A stretch of 64,000 nt of DNA, from contig CAJINV010000019.1 of the NCBI GenBank assembly GCA_905178155.1, forward strand, positions 688,475 to 752,474. Reading direction: 5' to 3'. This DNA is from Amoebophrya sp. A120 (lineage: Eukaryota; Protista; Dinoflagellata). The stretch's first letter is position 1, and each line of letters opens with the position of its first letter. Below, piece by piece: positions 50,001-62,230 of this stretch. Below the pieces are notes generated by a model. That model was not told the DNA's origin. It saw nothing but the letters and a program-made list of their open reading frames with translations, and ran no database searches. A program made the position numbers and the translations under genes.

Positions 50001-52562
50001 CCACGGGTCGGGATTCTGGTGGTCTAGCAACGCGGCGACACAGCTTTGGAGCAGCGCAAAGCGAACCATGTCTAGCCCTTTCTCTTGCTCCGACTCATCG
50101 AAATACTTTTCCCTCTCCATCCTCGCCTGCTCGTCTTTCACGACCTTGAGGGCCATATTGCTCTCCAGACATAAAACTTTTCCGCAGTGCTTTGCCGTCT
50201 CCACCATCTCCTTAGTCCAGAACAGCAGTCGTGCGTATGCCCGCTGCGTTTCGGCGCCAAATTCATGCCGGCGGAAAGGTGATTTCGCCTGGTCTTTGGC
50301 TGCTTCGAACTCCTGGTAGGTGGCGCGCTCAGTAGTTGTAGAGGTTTTATGGTTGTCGTTGTTGTTTTTCTCCAGTTGACACACCTCCTGTCGCTGTCTC
50401 TCAAACACGTCCATCACGCCCGGCAGCGCGACGGTCGCTGCGAAGGAAAGATTACATAGCTCCTTCACCGCTTCTTCTTTCACATCAGCAGCAAAGTTCT
50501 TGAACATCTGCAGCGTGCCGGTCCCGCGGTCCCAGGCCTTTCGCTTGGCGCGCAGAGCTGGGGATGGAGACTCGAGATAAACGAAAAAGGGATGCCCGGG
50601 TGGATCATAGAAATCTTCAGAACAACACGCATTTTCCAAAACGCCTCTTGTTCTTCTTGGTGGAATTAGCGACCGAGTTGTTGGAGACGGTGGAGATAAT
50701 GATGATGCAAAAAATCCCCTCGTCGCGACAAAGTTAGTAACGAACTCTCCGAGCAAATTCACAATCGCGTCTGGGACGGCCTCGTTCTTGGCACGGAGAA
50801 TGTCCGCGAGAATTCGCCAGGCCCGAAAACTGTCCACGTCGAGCACGCAAGCAATCAGCGCCGCCCGGATGGCCTCGGCTGACAAGTGGTTCGATTGGTA
50901 AAAGCAGTAGCCGTAACTGGCGTAACAACTGGACAGCTCAATTCGGTTGGGAATGCTGGCGAAAGCCCGGCGGTAGCACAGCAAAGCGAGTTCCGCCTCG
51001 TTGCCGGGGGACGTCAAGTCCTTCTTTCTCAGATCGCTATAAAGACTATACCGAAAGGAGCGATCGTCGCGTGTTTCGGCATCGTTTTTGTCCGTTTGAT
51101 TTCCTTGCCCAGCAGGATCCGGACGTTGAAAATACTGTTGCTCAAACTTTTGCCCCAGCGCGATCCAATCGCGAATGTCCTTCGGAAAGGCGGGCCAGGA
51201 GAGGATTGCTTGTGCTTCGGCTTTGTGCTCCACCGGCAGCGAGGAGGTGGACGTCGACGCACTAAGTACAATTTTGACCGTGAAGGTGCAACGAATACCG
51301 CTGAACGTGGGAGCTTCAATAGGCGTCGGTGCGCCCGATGCGGCAGTATTAACTTCATCAGGAGGACCACCATCATCATCATCAGCACAGCGATGGCTCA
51401 CTACAAGCGGCTCTAGCAGCATCAACCCAGTGCCAGGAGGGTATTTGTTTTCATCTTCACGTAGTTGGCACCAGTGTCCGCTGCCTCCTCTCTTCGTGTC
51501 GCTCGTAGAAGTTTCGGTTGTTCGCTTCTCCTTGTCCTTGCTTCTCTTACTGGCCTTCTCATTGTTTCTTCTACTGCTAGGCTTATCGTGGTCTTCTTTG
51601 CGTTTGTCGGCTACTCCTACTTCTGGTTCTGCTCCAGGAGCCGAGACTTCGCGCGCCGGCAAGCCAACGTCGTTCTTGCCACGACTGGCATTGACATTAA
51701 GGCTATAATCTGGTCGGGCAAGGTGGTCGGTTCTTGTTTTATCCTGCTGAGCAACTGCGTCAAGTGGAAGTGGTGCAACATTTGTGCCTGTCTCATAGAT
51801 GATGATCTGCAGCAGGTCTCCGAAGAGGTCTTCGAAGAGAAAAGTCGTGGCAATGTTTTCTCGCGATCCGCTTGATTGTGTGGCGGCAACGATAGCAGCA
51901 CTATCTTCTGTTACCCCACTTCCGGCTGCGTTTACCTTCGCTTGCTTTCCTCCGGCGTTTCTAATTTTCTTGTCCATGTCCTCTCCCGCGCGGCTGGCTG
52001 CTGCAGAACTGGCACCGGATGCGGCGGCCTTATTCCGTCCCGGTTTTGCAATCTGCCCCGCAGTCTTAAGTTGTGGTGCCTTACTCAGAGCAACAGCATC
52101 GTTACAACCGTTCGCAGTCGATGTCGTTCCGCTTCCGGTTTTTTCCTCCACAGCAGCCACACGGCCGCACAGGTAGTAGCCTCTGTGCTTGAGCTCATTC
52201 GAAGAGGTCGCGTCTTCCGACGGAGTTGCACCGTCAAATTCTGCCGCGAGCAAAGCATTTTCGTGCAAATTTGCCAGTTCCCGGAGGGAGTAAATGGGCC
52301 GCAGGGACGAGAGGGAAGGTGGTGCCGGGGGAGTAACGGTTCTTGCTGCAGTATGGTGATCCTCTGGAGAACTTTTGTCATTGGCCGTATTCTCGTGGTC
52401 ATCTTGAAGATGATGAATGCCTTCACTAAAAACTTTTGCGATATCTGAAGTGTTGTCTACCTCCGGGGCATTTGTGGAAGTACATGTGCTGACGAGATTG
52501 CTCACCCCCGCGTTCTTGCCGGCGCGCGCTTCCAGCACGTCGTTCTCTTCTAAATCGAACAT
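38086..52562 (-). CDS. Giant 3725-aa protein with TPR-like helices and two copies of an uncharacterised domain
   Basis: 2873-aa ORF continues through 6 introners (LVGSG|KRK, KPS|VAP, TTH|VQVGF, QELM|SAK, CPID|HVIQVWY, PKS|ISWTNE); spliced 11178 nt; four of these joins rebuild motifs that are uninterrupted in the first copy. Confidence 0.85.
39003..39267. mobile_element. Introner family A
   Basis: Direct repeat decayed (GCATT/GGACT); join validated by the internal paralogous motif SWTNE.DRY. Confidence 0.85.
40282..40551. mobile_element. Introner family A
   Basis: Direct repeat TCGAT. Confidence 0.9.
40910..41065. mobile_element. Introner family C
   Basis: Direct repeat CATCA. Confidence 0.9.
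41105..41326. mobile_element. Introner family G (TIR TATGA..GTGCACAACTC)
   Basis: Direct repeat ACGTG; splits TTHV|QVGF. Confidence 0.88.
41530..42030. repeat. Tandem array, 3 units of ~160-170 bp containing CACACCCC(A/C)GA subrepeats
   Basis: Units begin GCTTTGG..TG.GTTCTGGGGTATGTAA at about 41541, 41711 and 41871. Confidence 0.9.
42200..43132. repeat. Tandem array, about 10 units of ~96 bp, most with a GCGGGGAC-TCG-GTCCCCGC hairpin
   Basis: Recurring GGGACTCGGTCCCCGCG.CATGACCTAGGGGCCAG. Confidence 0.92.
43734..43988. mobile_element. Introner family H (TIR ...TGCTCAG.TGTTACAATCTCAAACG)
   Basis: Direct repeat TCCAC; ~50-bp TIR. Confidence 0.9.
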
Positions 52563-53231
52563 TTTGATTTCCAGAAGAAGATTTGGAAACGAGGACTAGA
52601 AAGACTCTCCCTAGTACGAAAGAGAAAATTTACGGTGTAGTCTGCACTTTATACAATTTCCAAGCCAGGGAAAAGGGACCTGCAAAACGAGAAAAGATGA
52701 GATATGACGCTTGATAGATGTAACAAGTTGTATGTGGTCAAACACAAACTGAAATGGGGACGTCGACATCAGCATCACATAGACGGAGCATTTTGTCGTG
52801 CACGAAAGTATACTAAGAGAAGTACGAAAAGAGGACCAAACGGTAATTCCAAGCGGGCAGAACCAGCTAAGAAAGAACGACGTCGGTATGAACGATGTAG
52901 GTTTCAGCTATTGACGAATTATGATGTTTAAGTTTATGTGTCGATCGTGACGGCCGTGTTTCTGTTTTAGCACGTTGTACGAGTCGGACGACGTGGGTGA
53001 ACTTTTTGCTGGAGTACTCTTCCTGTTTCTACTTTTATGACCACGAGAAGCAATAAATTCGAAAAGAAAACGACAAAGCGTGGAAAGAACCCTAAATCAG
53101 AATACCAAGAACCCTAAATCAGGTGCGCAACAAATCATGACTTCCGGAAAGTCAGCACTGTAGTGTGTACCAAATGACTTCGTGTGAGACCGCAGTGTTT
53201 CTATTGCGTCGCAGCATCATGATCATCTACT

Positions 53232-56197
53232 TCATCGCTCGTCCTCTGGAGAGTGAATGTGAAGATGCTGCGCATGTTCGTCATTTATTTCGTCAAGCTT
53301 TTGTAGTTCCGAATCCGAGCCAGCGTCTGCGTCAGACTCGTTTTCCATATCGGAAATTTCATCTTCCTCACAGCTTTCTTCCTTGACAATGGCTCCGCGG
53401 CCACCTGGTTCAGCAGGACCCGCCTCGTCGTCATCTCCACAGCCTCCTGTTGCTCCTTCCGCATAGTTGTACGCATGATTGCAAAGGTCATCATGCCCCC
53501 TGGCGTTCGCTTCCGAGCTCTCTTCATGCCCTGTCGCTTGCTTCTCGGGCTCGGCACAAAAGCTAGGGTCGTCAAGAGAATGAGAATTGTTTTCAGGGTG
53601 CTCGTGATTGTCGTCGTCCCCGTTAGATTGTGATTGACCTTGAAGATGGCTTTGTTGATCATCTGCAAATAATCCCCCTGGAGATTGAAGATCATTCGTT
53701 CCCGCCGTCGTGCGAGGTTGGTTCCCGTTCATCGTCACCAGTTTTTTATCCACTTCTCCGCTCGACAATGCAGTTCCAGTTCCCGCAGCTGGTGCCGTGA
53801 CTGTTCCCAACTTCGGATTTTCCGGATGTTCCAAAATCCGGAACATCACCTTCCGCCCGGAAAGTTTGAAATACTCGGCATACAAATTGTCCTTGACAAA
53901 CTTCCGCAGCACCCCCTTCGCCTTTTCGTACACTAATTCAGAGTTCGCAACCACGGAAATTTGGTACTGGTGGTTGGAACGAGATACAGGATGATGGTCG
54001 TGGTGTTCATCTTGGAGCTGCTGTCCTGAAGAAGATCCTCCTGCTGCTGCTGCTGTCTCCATGGAGGAAGTTTGTCCAGCTGCTGCGGCTGGACCAGCAG
54101 TCTTCTGCGCGACGTTCTTGTGCTTCTTAACTAGCTTGAAAGTCACACCCCCGCTGGCGCACGATTTTTCTAAGTCCAGGATCGTTTTCGCTGTCAGGTA
54201 TTTGCTCATCAGTTCTTGCACCTGATGCTTGATATCACACAGAAAAAAGCTGGCAGGGCAGACTTGTAATGCTAAAATAAATACACAAAAAAATTTGCAT
54301 TGCTTACCCTAATCAGCATGCTATGGGGCTGCCCATGACAGATTTTTCTGCGTGTTTATTTTTGCATTACAAATGTGCCCTGCCAGCTTTTTTGTTTTTC
54401 TGTGGGATACTGGAAATCGTGGTTGTTTCGCCCGTTTAGTCCCCGCAGGTTGTTTCGTGGATGAAGCTGCACAGAAGTCGCGGTTGAACCCGCCGAAGAA
54501 CCAAAAGTACAAGATGTTGACACGACGATCCCAGAAGCAGCTCCGGTTAATACAGGGCCAAATTCTACTTCACCTCCAGCACCTCCACGAGCGGGCGCCA
54601 CGTCGTCTATTCCAATCGGCACTATGCAGAGCCACTTCAGGGTTCTCTGCAACACAGTGACCTCCTCGTCCTTTGCGAGTAGAATCCGCTGCTGCCACTT
54701 TTTTTCCATCTGCTGCTTTTTCCGCTGCTGTTGGTAGTACCGCTTCACTTCCTTGTTATACGCCGCGTAGGCGGTAGCAGTACTGTGCGACGGATAGTAG
54801 TAGTTTTTAGTACTCGCGAATAGAGCAGCAGAGGGGAAGTAGGGAGGGGTGTGTGTTGATGCTGCGTCCTCAACATCCAAAATCAAATCCGTCCCATTCA
54901 CATGGTACTTCGCAAGGCGGTCGTTTTGAAGTTCATGCTTTGATGGAAGCTTGTGCAACTTGTCCGGTAGTTGCTCCATCTGCGAGGACAATGTAGAACT
55001 TGTCCTTTCGTTGCTGCTCGAAAAGAAATTCATCGCTTTTTTCACCTCATCATCCCCAACAACTTCTTTTCCATACTTCAACGGGAAAACGTGCTCGGTG
55101 CCTCGTTCCAGGGACCGTCCGACACACCACGCCATTTCGTCGCAAAACAAAATTTCCATGAGCTCGCCGAGGAAAAAGAGGTCGCGGTTGCGTTTTTTGA
55201 TGATCTTCACAATTGGGAAGGGAAAGGTTGAGGATTGGTCTTGCTGGTCATGGTTTCCCGCTGTCGTCGCATCATGATGTACAAGTTCCGTTGCGCTGTC
55301 GGGGGTGGTGCTAAAATTCTTCTCCTCCGATGAAGATGATCGATGAGGACCAAGAACAACTTCCGGATCAACATTCGACGTTTTTTTCCTGCCGCCACCA
55401 AGAGCAAGAAGAGCAGCGGCATCGGGGTTTTGGTACTGCAGATCCTCGGCGAAACTACTGGAAATTTCGGAGATGGTTGAAGTTCTGGGGTTGTTGTCTT
55501 CTAGTACCACATCACCAGCATCTTCTGCAGACTGCCTGCCTTGACCTTGTACTTGTGCCTCGTTTATTGTCGTAGTGGATTCGGCGTCGGCGTCGACGCA
55601 TGGTGGTTTGCGTTTGTCTTCAAATGCAGATAAATTCGAGCGGCTGGTGGTGGTGTCCACTTCTTTTGAGAAGTAGTTCTCTTTTTTATTCTGCGCGATT
55701 CCTGCAACTACAGGCAGATCATCGTCGTGTTCAATGGTCGTGTCTTGGTCGCTCCCATGGCCATGCAGCAGCTCTTGGCTTTCTGTCTCATCATCTTCCT
55801 CGACTTCGTCTAGCAGAAAGTCGTGAAGATGCACGGCATCATATCCTGAGTAAAAACGTACCCACACCAGAGTTGTAATGCAGATTTGCAAAGACAGGAA
55901 GACTTGTAATGCGCATCCCCATGAGAGCCATTTCCAATCGTGTTTTGGAATTTGTGATGCTGTGAACAGGATGAGCAGACGAATCTGTGACGCGGCTGCA
56001 CTTGCTACCCTGCACTACACTGCATAGCGAAACCTGTCATGCGTGACTCACAAAACTCCTAGGTTTGTGTATGCAAAATCCTCATCCTGACTCTGGTGTG
56101 GGTACGTTTTTACTCAGGATACATCAAAACTGTCCGTCTGGGTCTGCTGCTGGACCACATAGAAGTCGTCCAGATCGAAACCCTCGAGGAAATCCAT
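53232..56197 (-). CDS. Uncharacterised 832-aa protein with an SH3-like segment (2 introners)
   Basis: Joins TDSFD|AVHL and HDFQ|HQVQEL; spliced 2499 nt; GELMEIL...AWCVGRSLERGTEHVFPLKY resembles SH3. Confidence 0.75.
54233..54409. mobile_element. Introner family I (almost complete fold-back)
   Basis: ~60-70-bp TIR TATCACACAG..AAAAGCTGGCAGGGCA; direct repeat CTTGA/CTGGA. Confidence 0.88.
55842..56121. mobile_element. Introner family B
   Basis: Perfect TIR TATCCTGAGTAAAAACGTACCCACACCAGAGT; direct repeat CATCA. Confidence 0.92.
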
Positions 56198-57396
56198 AGT
56201 GAAGATAGGTCACGTTTTCGTTTGTTTTCGATTCCTTTTTTTTTCTCCGAAAAAATCGTTGTCGTTTTGCATCGAAGAGTGATGAGGAAGATGCCGCTCT
56301 TGCTTATGCTTCAAAAGATACGTTCGTGCTTTACACGGATCTTGTCTTCTCGAGAAACATCAAAAGCGTGCAAACAATGATCATGCGTCGCAGATGAAAA
56401 AGGCAGTCGAGCAAGGGATCCGTAGGAAACAGAACCAGAAGAAGAAAAGTGCAAGATCACATAGTAAATACTTCATGATCATTCGGAGGCTCACAAAAGA
56501 AAAGGTGCTTACAGTGTACGACGCAGGGGCGGGAACAAGAGAAACGCCTCCGGAACAAAAACGAGGGATAGGATCCTACAACAAGATCTTGTTGCTCGCC
56601 GACGTTAATCTTGATTGCGACAGCGACAAGTAGAGGTGGAAATCAAAATGAAACCATGCGTGCGCGACTCTTCGGTCGTTCCTTTTTCTAACGATGGCAA
56701 ATCAAAAAATCTGCACCGGTCTCGCGAAACTGTACAGTGTACCGTGGCCATCGTATGGTGTAATCCCGCTTTTCTCCAACCTCCGGTGACGTAGTTCTGG
56801 CCATCCATACTACGGCAATCAATTCTAAACTGTACAGAAGAAATGAAATGAAGATTTCGTGATACTTCTATCAGCGAACGGGGCTATTTGAAACTCCGCT
56901 CTCTTGCGAGCGGGCGTCACTGCCACTGGTAACATTAACTGGTCGCATTTCTTAGTAGTATTCGCTCGAGCTTTCGCATTCGCTAGTGTCAAAGAAAAAA
57001 GAACTACAAAAACTTAGCAGCGGAATAGCCACTTTCGACTCATTCATTGATGAGTGTCGTTGTTTCATCTTGCACAAACCATTGAAAGTTTTCTATCGAC
57101 GCTTTGCCTCCCAGGCGGGGGGCGAAGTCGCATCTTTTTAGAAGGTTAAGACTAAGACTGAACTTGGAATTGCCACAAGGCCGACCACTATTTTTCAATG
57201 CTAAAAACGACTTGGTGGATAAAAGGTGTACTTAAGACTGTTAAAAAATTAAGAAATTCGCATGATGTTGTACAGATTCATAAACTTTGCTTTCGTGAGG
57301 ACGTTAAAAACATTTAATGATACATGGGCATTTTCGCCGCTTCCGATGTCTTCCGCTTTTGTTCCTCTGCGCCTCTACTTCCCGCCCCCCTGCTTC

Positions 57397-60300
57397 TCAC
57401 ACCGGCAGCGCCCCGGGAAATTTGATGGGCATGGCCATCGGGTGGGCTTCCGTATCCAAGGAAAAAACTGTGTAGGTGTAAAGTAATTTTCTTGGAGGAA
57501 TAGCATCACAAGTTTGCTCTGCATGACACAGAAAACCTGTCATGCGTATCCAGTACCTGAAAACACGAAGGAAAGAGCCTCTGATGCACATCCAGCATGA
57601 CAAGTGTAGCAGTTTTGCACTTTCTGCATCACAGACTTACACTCACATAGTTCTTTTCTTGCATATTCCGTGCTGATGATGTACTTGCTCAAGTCCAGGA
57701 TTGTGATGGGGGAAAAAATCAGGTAGAAGTATTTCATCGTTTCGGCCATGAAGAAGGATTCCTGCTGGTTACTCCGGACCGACGGATTCCGCACGTCCCG
57801 CAACGCGGTGTAACCGTATTTGGTCTTCGAGTGCTTCTTGAACGCCAAAAACATTATCACACAGACAAAACAAAAAGCTGGCAGGGCATATAATTTGTAA
57901 TGCAAAAATAAACACACACAAAAATTTGTCATGGGTGGCCCCATAGCATGCTGTTTCCGATATGCAATACAGGTTTTTTTGTGTATTTATTTTTGCATTA
58001 CAAATGTGCCCTGCCAGCTTTTTTCTGTGTGATAAACATCTCGGTCGCCCACTTCCGGTATTTCGGGTCCCCGGTGTAGTAGTGCAGGTAGTACAGATAT
58101 GCAGTGCAGATATGTCTGGGGTCTGGAAAAGTAAGAGCAAGGTTTGTCATGCCAGGCTAGCAAGACTCCCAAGTCTGTCATGCACGTTACCCAAAAGCCC
58201 TATTTTTCCGCGATACAGAGACGCAGTTTGTCATGCAGAATAGGCAACACGAACACTTAGAAGCTCAGAATAAACTTGTCATGATGAGCCATCATTTGTG
58301 GCCTCCTCATGCTACGTCACTCAGCATTACAAGTTTATTCCAGACCCAGATAAGTATATTTGCATTTGATAACAGAGCCTCGATCGCTTCCGGCCGAAGC
58401 AAATTGTGCGCGCCGTCGGGCGGGAGCACCATATCGTTCGCATTATCCTTGGCATTCACGTCGAAACGGACATACTCCGGGGAGAGACCGGTGTGCGCGA
58501 GCTTGTACCTTGGTTTTGGTAGAATTATTGAGGGAGGAGTAGAGTTTGCATGATGAAAACGGATCACTCTTGGTTGTTTTTTGCATGATCGGTATAGAAG
58601 AGAGAACCACGAAGGAAATAAATGAAGTTGTACTACGGTATTACATTTTGTAACAGGTTTCCGCAACTCCTTCCGCCGCCGGAAGCCACCTTGGGTCCAC
58701 CTCTTCCTTGTCTAGTTCGAGGATCCCGAGTATCAACATGCCCGGCACGAAGCAGGCCAAGTGGTCCATCTTGTCCAACCGCTTTCCCGCATTCTCTTCC
58801 GCGATGAAAATGGTGCCCTTTTTGGTTTTCACCACGAGCCGGTCCATCATTTCATTCATGGCCTTCACGAATAATGCCTTGTACCTGATTTATATTTTTG
58901 TAAGAAATTGAAATTGCCATCCGCATCTTCACGCGCGCTGACTGTGACTATCTCCTTCTACTTTTTCCTTCTGGAAGATGACAAAAAGCTAAATTTTCGA
59001 ATACAAAACAGGCATGAAAATAAAAAAACGAAGCATCACTATCATAATACCGTGCGTCCCTCTTCCCGTTCTGTAGCCACTGCTTCACTAGATATTCGTA
59101 GTAACTGTCCCCCATTGCCCCGAGACTTATCCTCCCTCCGATGAACCCGCTGTGCGCGGACTGCTGTTTCGACCCCATGTAGATCGGCACCAAACCCTTC
59201 TTCGCGTTTTCGCTGTTCTCGACGATCTTCATGAACGCTTTATCTGGCACGGTCCAGAATTCCGTCCTCTTTGTGTGCGCGGACAGCATGCGAAACTCCA
59301 GTTGCAAGGTTCCGACTTCTGCGATGTTTGTGCCCGTCGCCCAGTTATGGATTGCAAATATGTCTGGGTCTGGAAGAATGCAGGGCCTGTCATGCTTGTC
59401 TGGCATGACCCATGATGCTTGTGATGCATGACCCAGCATCACAGATTTTTGGAAGGCTTCCTGATGCCATTTCTGCATGACAAATGCCCTCCACGCGTAG
59501 CACAAATGCGGCTCCTCTACTTGCTGGTCATGCAATACAGATTTTTTTAGAGTCCACAGTTAGCATCACAAGTTCCAACTTTCCAGACCAAGACATTTTT
59601 ACAGTTGATACCAGTTCAGCCACCTGCTACCGCCGGATGCGAGGTCTATCTGGGGTTTTGGTAGCCCGGACTCCTGGGTGAAAGCGCGGAGCAATCTGGA
59701 ACCCAAATCCGCTGCTTTGTCGAGAAAAATCTGGTGCTGGGACAGCGAGAAGGCCGAGAGCAGCCCACCGAGACCACGGATCGTGATTTCGAAGACGGAA
59801 TGGTAGCCAGATCTGTGATAACGATAAGGAAATTTGGCATGCGAAAATGGATAAGTACGCAAACACAAGTTGTGTTCATCGTTGTGATAGCTGCATCAAC
59901 ATCACATCACATCACCGCAATAATCACCTCCCACATCAGCACTTTTTACCTTATCGCCCCAAAGTCTAGTTTCTGGACGAAGTCCTCCCCCTCTGCAAAT
60001 TCTTTTTTCAGGTCCATCACCCACAGCGTGTCCAGCGAGTCTAGTATGGTGATCCCGATGGAGACCCAGTTGTGGCCTCCCCCGGTGACCGGGCGCACCT
60101 CGTCCTTGCCCCACGCGGTTGCCTTGTACCCCCGCCAGCAGTGCACCATCTCTTTCCGGACGGTTTCGGCCATGACGTCGGCGTCTCGTTGCGACTGGAC
60201 CAATTCGTCCTCGGAGAACTTTTCTTTCCATCGGGCGGGAAAACTTGCCTTCAACACGTCATCCGGGAGTGTCGCCCGCGGCTCCACGTCGGTAATGTCG

Positions 60301-62230
60301 GCTATGTATCAAATGCAAATATGTCTGGGTCCTCTGGAAGAATGCAGGAGTTTGTCATGCAGATTTTGCATGACCCATGATGTCTGTGATGCATGCCGTA
60401 GCATCACAGACTCTGCGAGGACTTTCTGATGCCCATACTGCATCAGAAATGCCCTCTCCGCGTAGCAACAAACTCGACTTCTTTTGCTGTTCATGCAATA
60501 CAGATTTTCTGTAGAATCGAAAGGTAGCATCACAAGTTGCATCCTTCCAGACATCCAGGGATATTTGCAATGCATACTATGAACGGCGGAGGGGTCCTGT
60601 TCCACCACCACGACTTTTATCGAAGAAAAAAAGTTCGTCACGATCACTCATGCGCATTCTTGCAATACAAAATTGTTTGTCATGCGTAAAAATGCATCAC
60701 AGACAAACTTCATTAGGGAGTTCCCTAGTGTTTCTGCAATACAAGGAAAGTTTGTGATGCTGAGAAAATTTGTAATGCAAATCCTGCAAGTTAGTGAGTG
60801 TGACAAACTTTTTTCTCTCCATAATTTTGTGGGGTCTTTCAGTTTCAACCTGGGTCTTCCTATTCTTTGCATCAGCATCACTCTCATCATCTTACCATCT
60901 TTCATCACGATATGGATGTGTCAGAGTTGAAATCGACAAAGTTGAAATAATTTGCCATGCATAAAATGGACGCCAGCTGGAACCCAGTTTCCAAGTGGCG
61001 CATGACAAATTTCGGCGGTCCCTAAATCCAGTCTGCCATGCTGTTTAGGCAAAGAAGAGCGATTTTCTCATGCTACTTTAGCAGCTCGATCTGTAACCCC
61101 AAACAGGCTGACAATCGGCCTCACTTGCCTGCTCTGCAACACACGTGCCTCGGGTCATGCATTTTATGCATTACAAATTATTTCAACTTTGACGATTTCA
61201 AACCTGACGCTTCCATACACGACGCGCGTCCGCTGCGCGGGTCCCCGCTTCGGCGGGAAGTACCGCCTTGTGGATTGCAAAAATGTCTGTGTAAACTTGT
61301 CATGCAGGTTTTCCATGACCCATGAGGTCTGGAATGCTGGACTTAGCATGACAGACTCTGTGAGGTCTTTGTCATGCCTATCCTGCATGAGAATCTCCAT
61401 TCCAACTTGGTCGAAAGTGGACAGCTTTTGCCGCTCATGCAACACAGATTCTTGCATGATTCGGATTTAGCATGACAAGTTGCAATCTTCCAGACCCAGA
61501 CATGTTTGCAATCCATACGCCTTCTCCGGAGCGGAATGCGGGCCTGCCGTCGGCGGAACGGAAACCGCGCCGGTCTCTGTTTGAGCCCGCTCAATACGGA
61601 CCAGCGGTGGGGAAACACCGACGGCGGGCGCGGGTTGATGTTCTGGTTGTTATGCAAGGAAGCGTCTTGTTGTGACAGGCTCGGAGTACTTGGTGGATTT
61701 CTTGCCGGCGGTTTCGGAAGAGGCGGTAAAACAGGTTGCGGCTGCTGCGGCTGCTGCTGCTGCGGCGGCGGCTGTTGTTGTGCAACTGCACCAGCATTGG
61801 GAAGGCTTTCTGCCGGCGGGGCGGCGAAAAAAGGCGGGAAAACCGGGTGAAAAAGCTGCGTCCGAGTCTGGTGTAGCAACTCGGGGTAACTGCTCTGGGC
61901 GCCGGACGCAGATTCTTGCACCGCTAGAGGTGCTGCCAGGACTAGTCGGCCACCGGGGGGCGGTGGGCTGGGGAGCAGGGGGAGATGGCCTGCATCGGCA
62001 GTCGCCCCCGCGACAGCTTTGTCGGCTGCCGTTGAAGTTGTACCAGTTGCACCAGCTTCCGCTTCGGCATTGGAAGCAATTTCCGATGCGAGTGCTACCT
62101 GGAAATAAAATAACGATCGCGAGTAGAGCAACAAAAAGCTGCTGCTCGCGCCGAAAAGTACTTGCGCTGGTGCCCCCTGTCGTGCTGCGGTACTCCTAAA
62201 ACCTCCTCGGCCGGCGCCTGCATTGCGCAT
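57397..62230 (-). CDS. Class I alpha-1,2-mannosidase (glycoside hydrolase family 47), 796 aa; 8 introners plus GT-AG introns 58509-58644, 58885-59050 and 59813-59949
   Basis: GH47 motifs AWGKDEVRP, LDSLDTL, SVFEITIRGLGGLLSA, AEVGTLQLEF, GAMGDSYYEYL, MDHLACF, LRPEAIEAL, ESFFMAETMKYFYL, STEAHP; spliced 2391 nt; start codon inferred. Confidence 0.93.
57453..57665. mobile_element. Introner family J
   Basis: Direct repeat TTCCG; splits the conserved TE|AHP motif. Confidence 0.9.
57855..58034. mobile_element. Introner family I
   Basis: Direct repeat AACAT; long TIR. Confidence 0.92.
58098..58371. mobile_element. Introner family A
   Basis: Direct repeat ACAGA; IEAL|YYLH. Confidence 0.92.
59346..59610. 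mobile_element. Introner family A
   Basis: Direct repeat CCAGT. Confidence 0.92.
60307..60576. mobile_element. Introner family A
   Basis: Direct repeat CTATG. Confidence 0.9.
60618..60823. mobile_element. Introner family K (TIR TAT.GA.GAAAAAAGTT.GTCAC)
   Basis: Direct repeat ACTTT/ATTTT; DPTK|SWWW in frame. Confidence 0.8.
60911..61217. mobile_element. Introner family E
   Basis: Direct repeat CACGA. Confidence 0.92.
61269..61517. mobile_element. Introner family A
   Basis: Direct repeat CGCCT; left end is TGT instead of TAT. Confidence 0.88.

Noticed and set aside
44046-52599. Many plus-strand ORFs
   Set aside because: Antisense shadows of the long minus-strand exon with no recognisable motifs
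53085-53122. Telomere-like CCCTAAA duplication (also TTTAGGG twice near 33316)
   Set aside because: Only two units each; insufficient
882-61675. Recurrent peptides such as LPDPDIF, KNVWVWK, CLGLE and FQTQT as a protein family
   Set aside because: They are translations of the family A TIR in different frames
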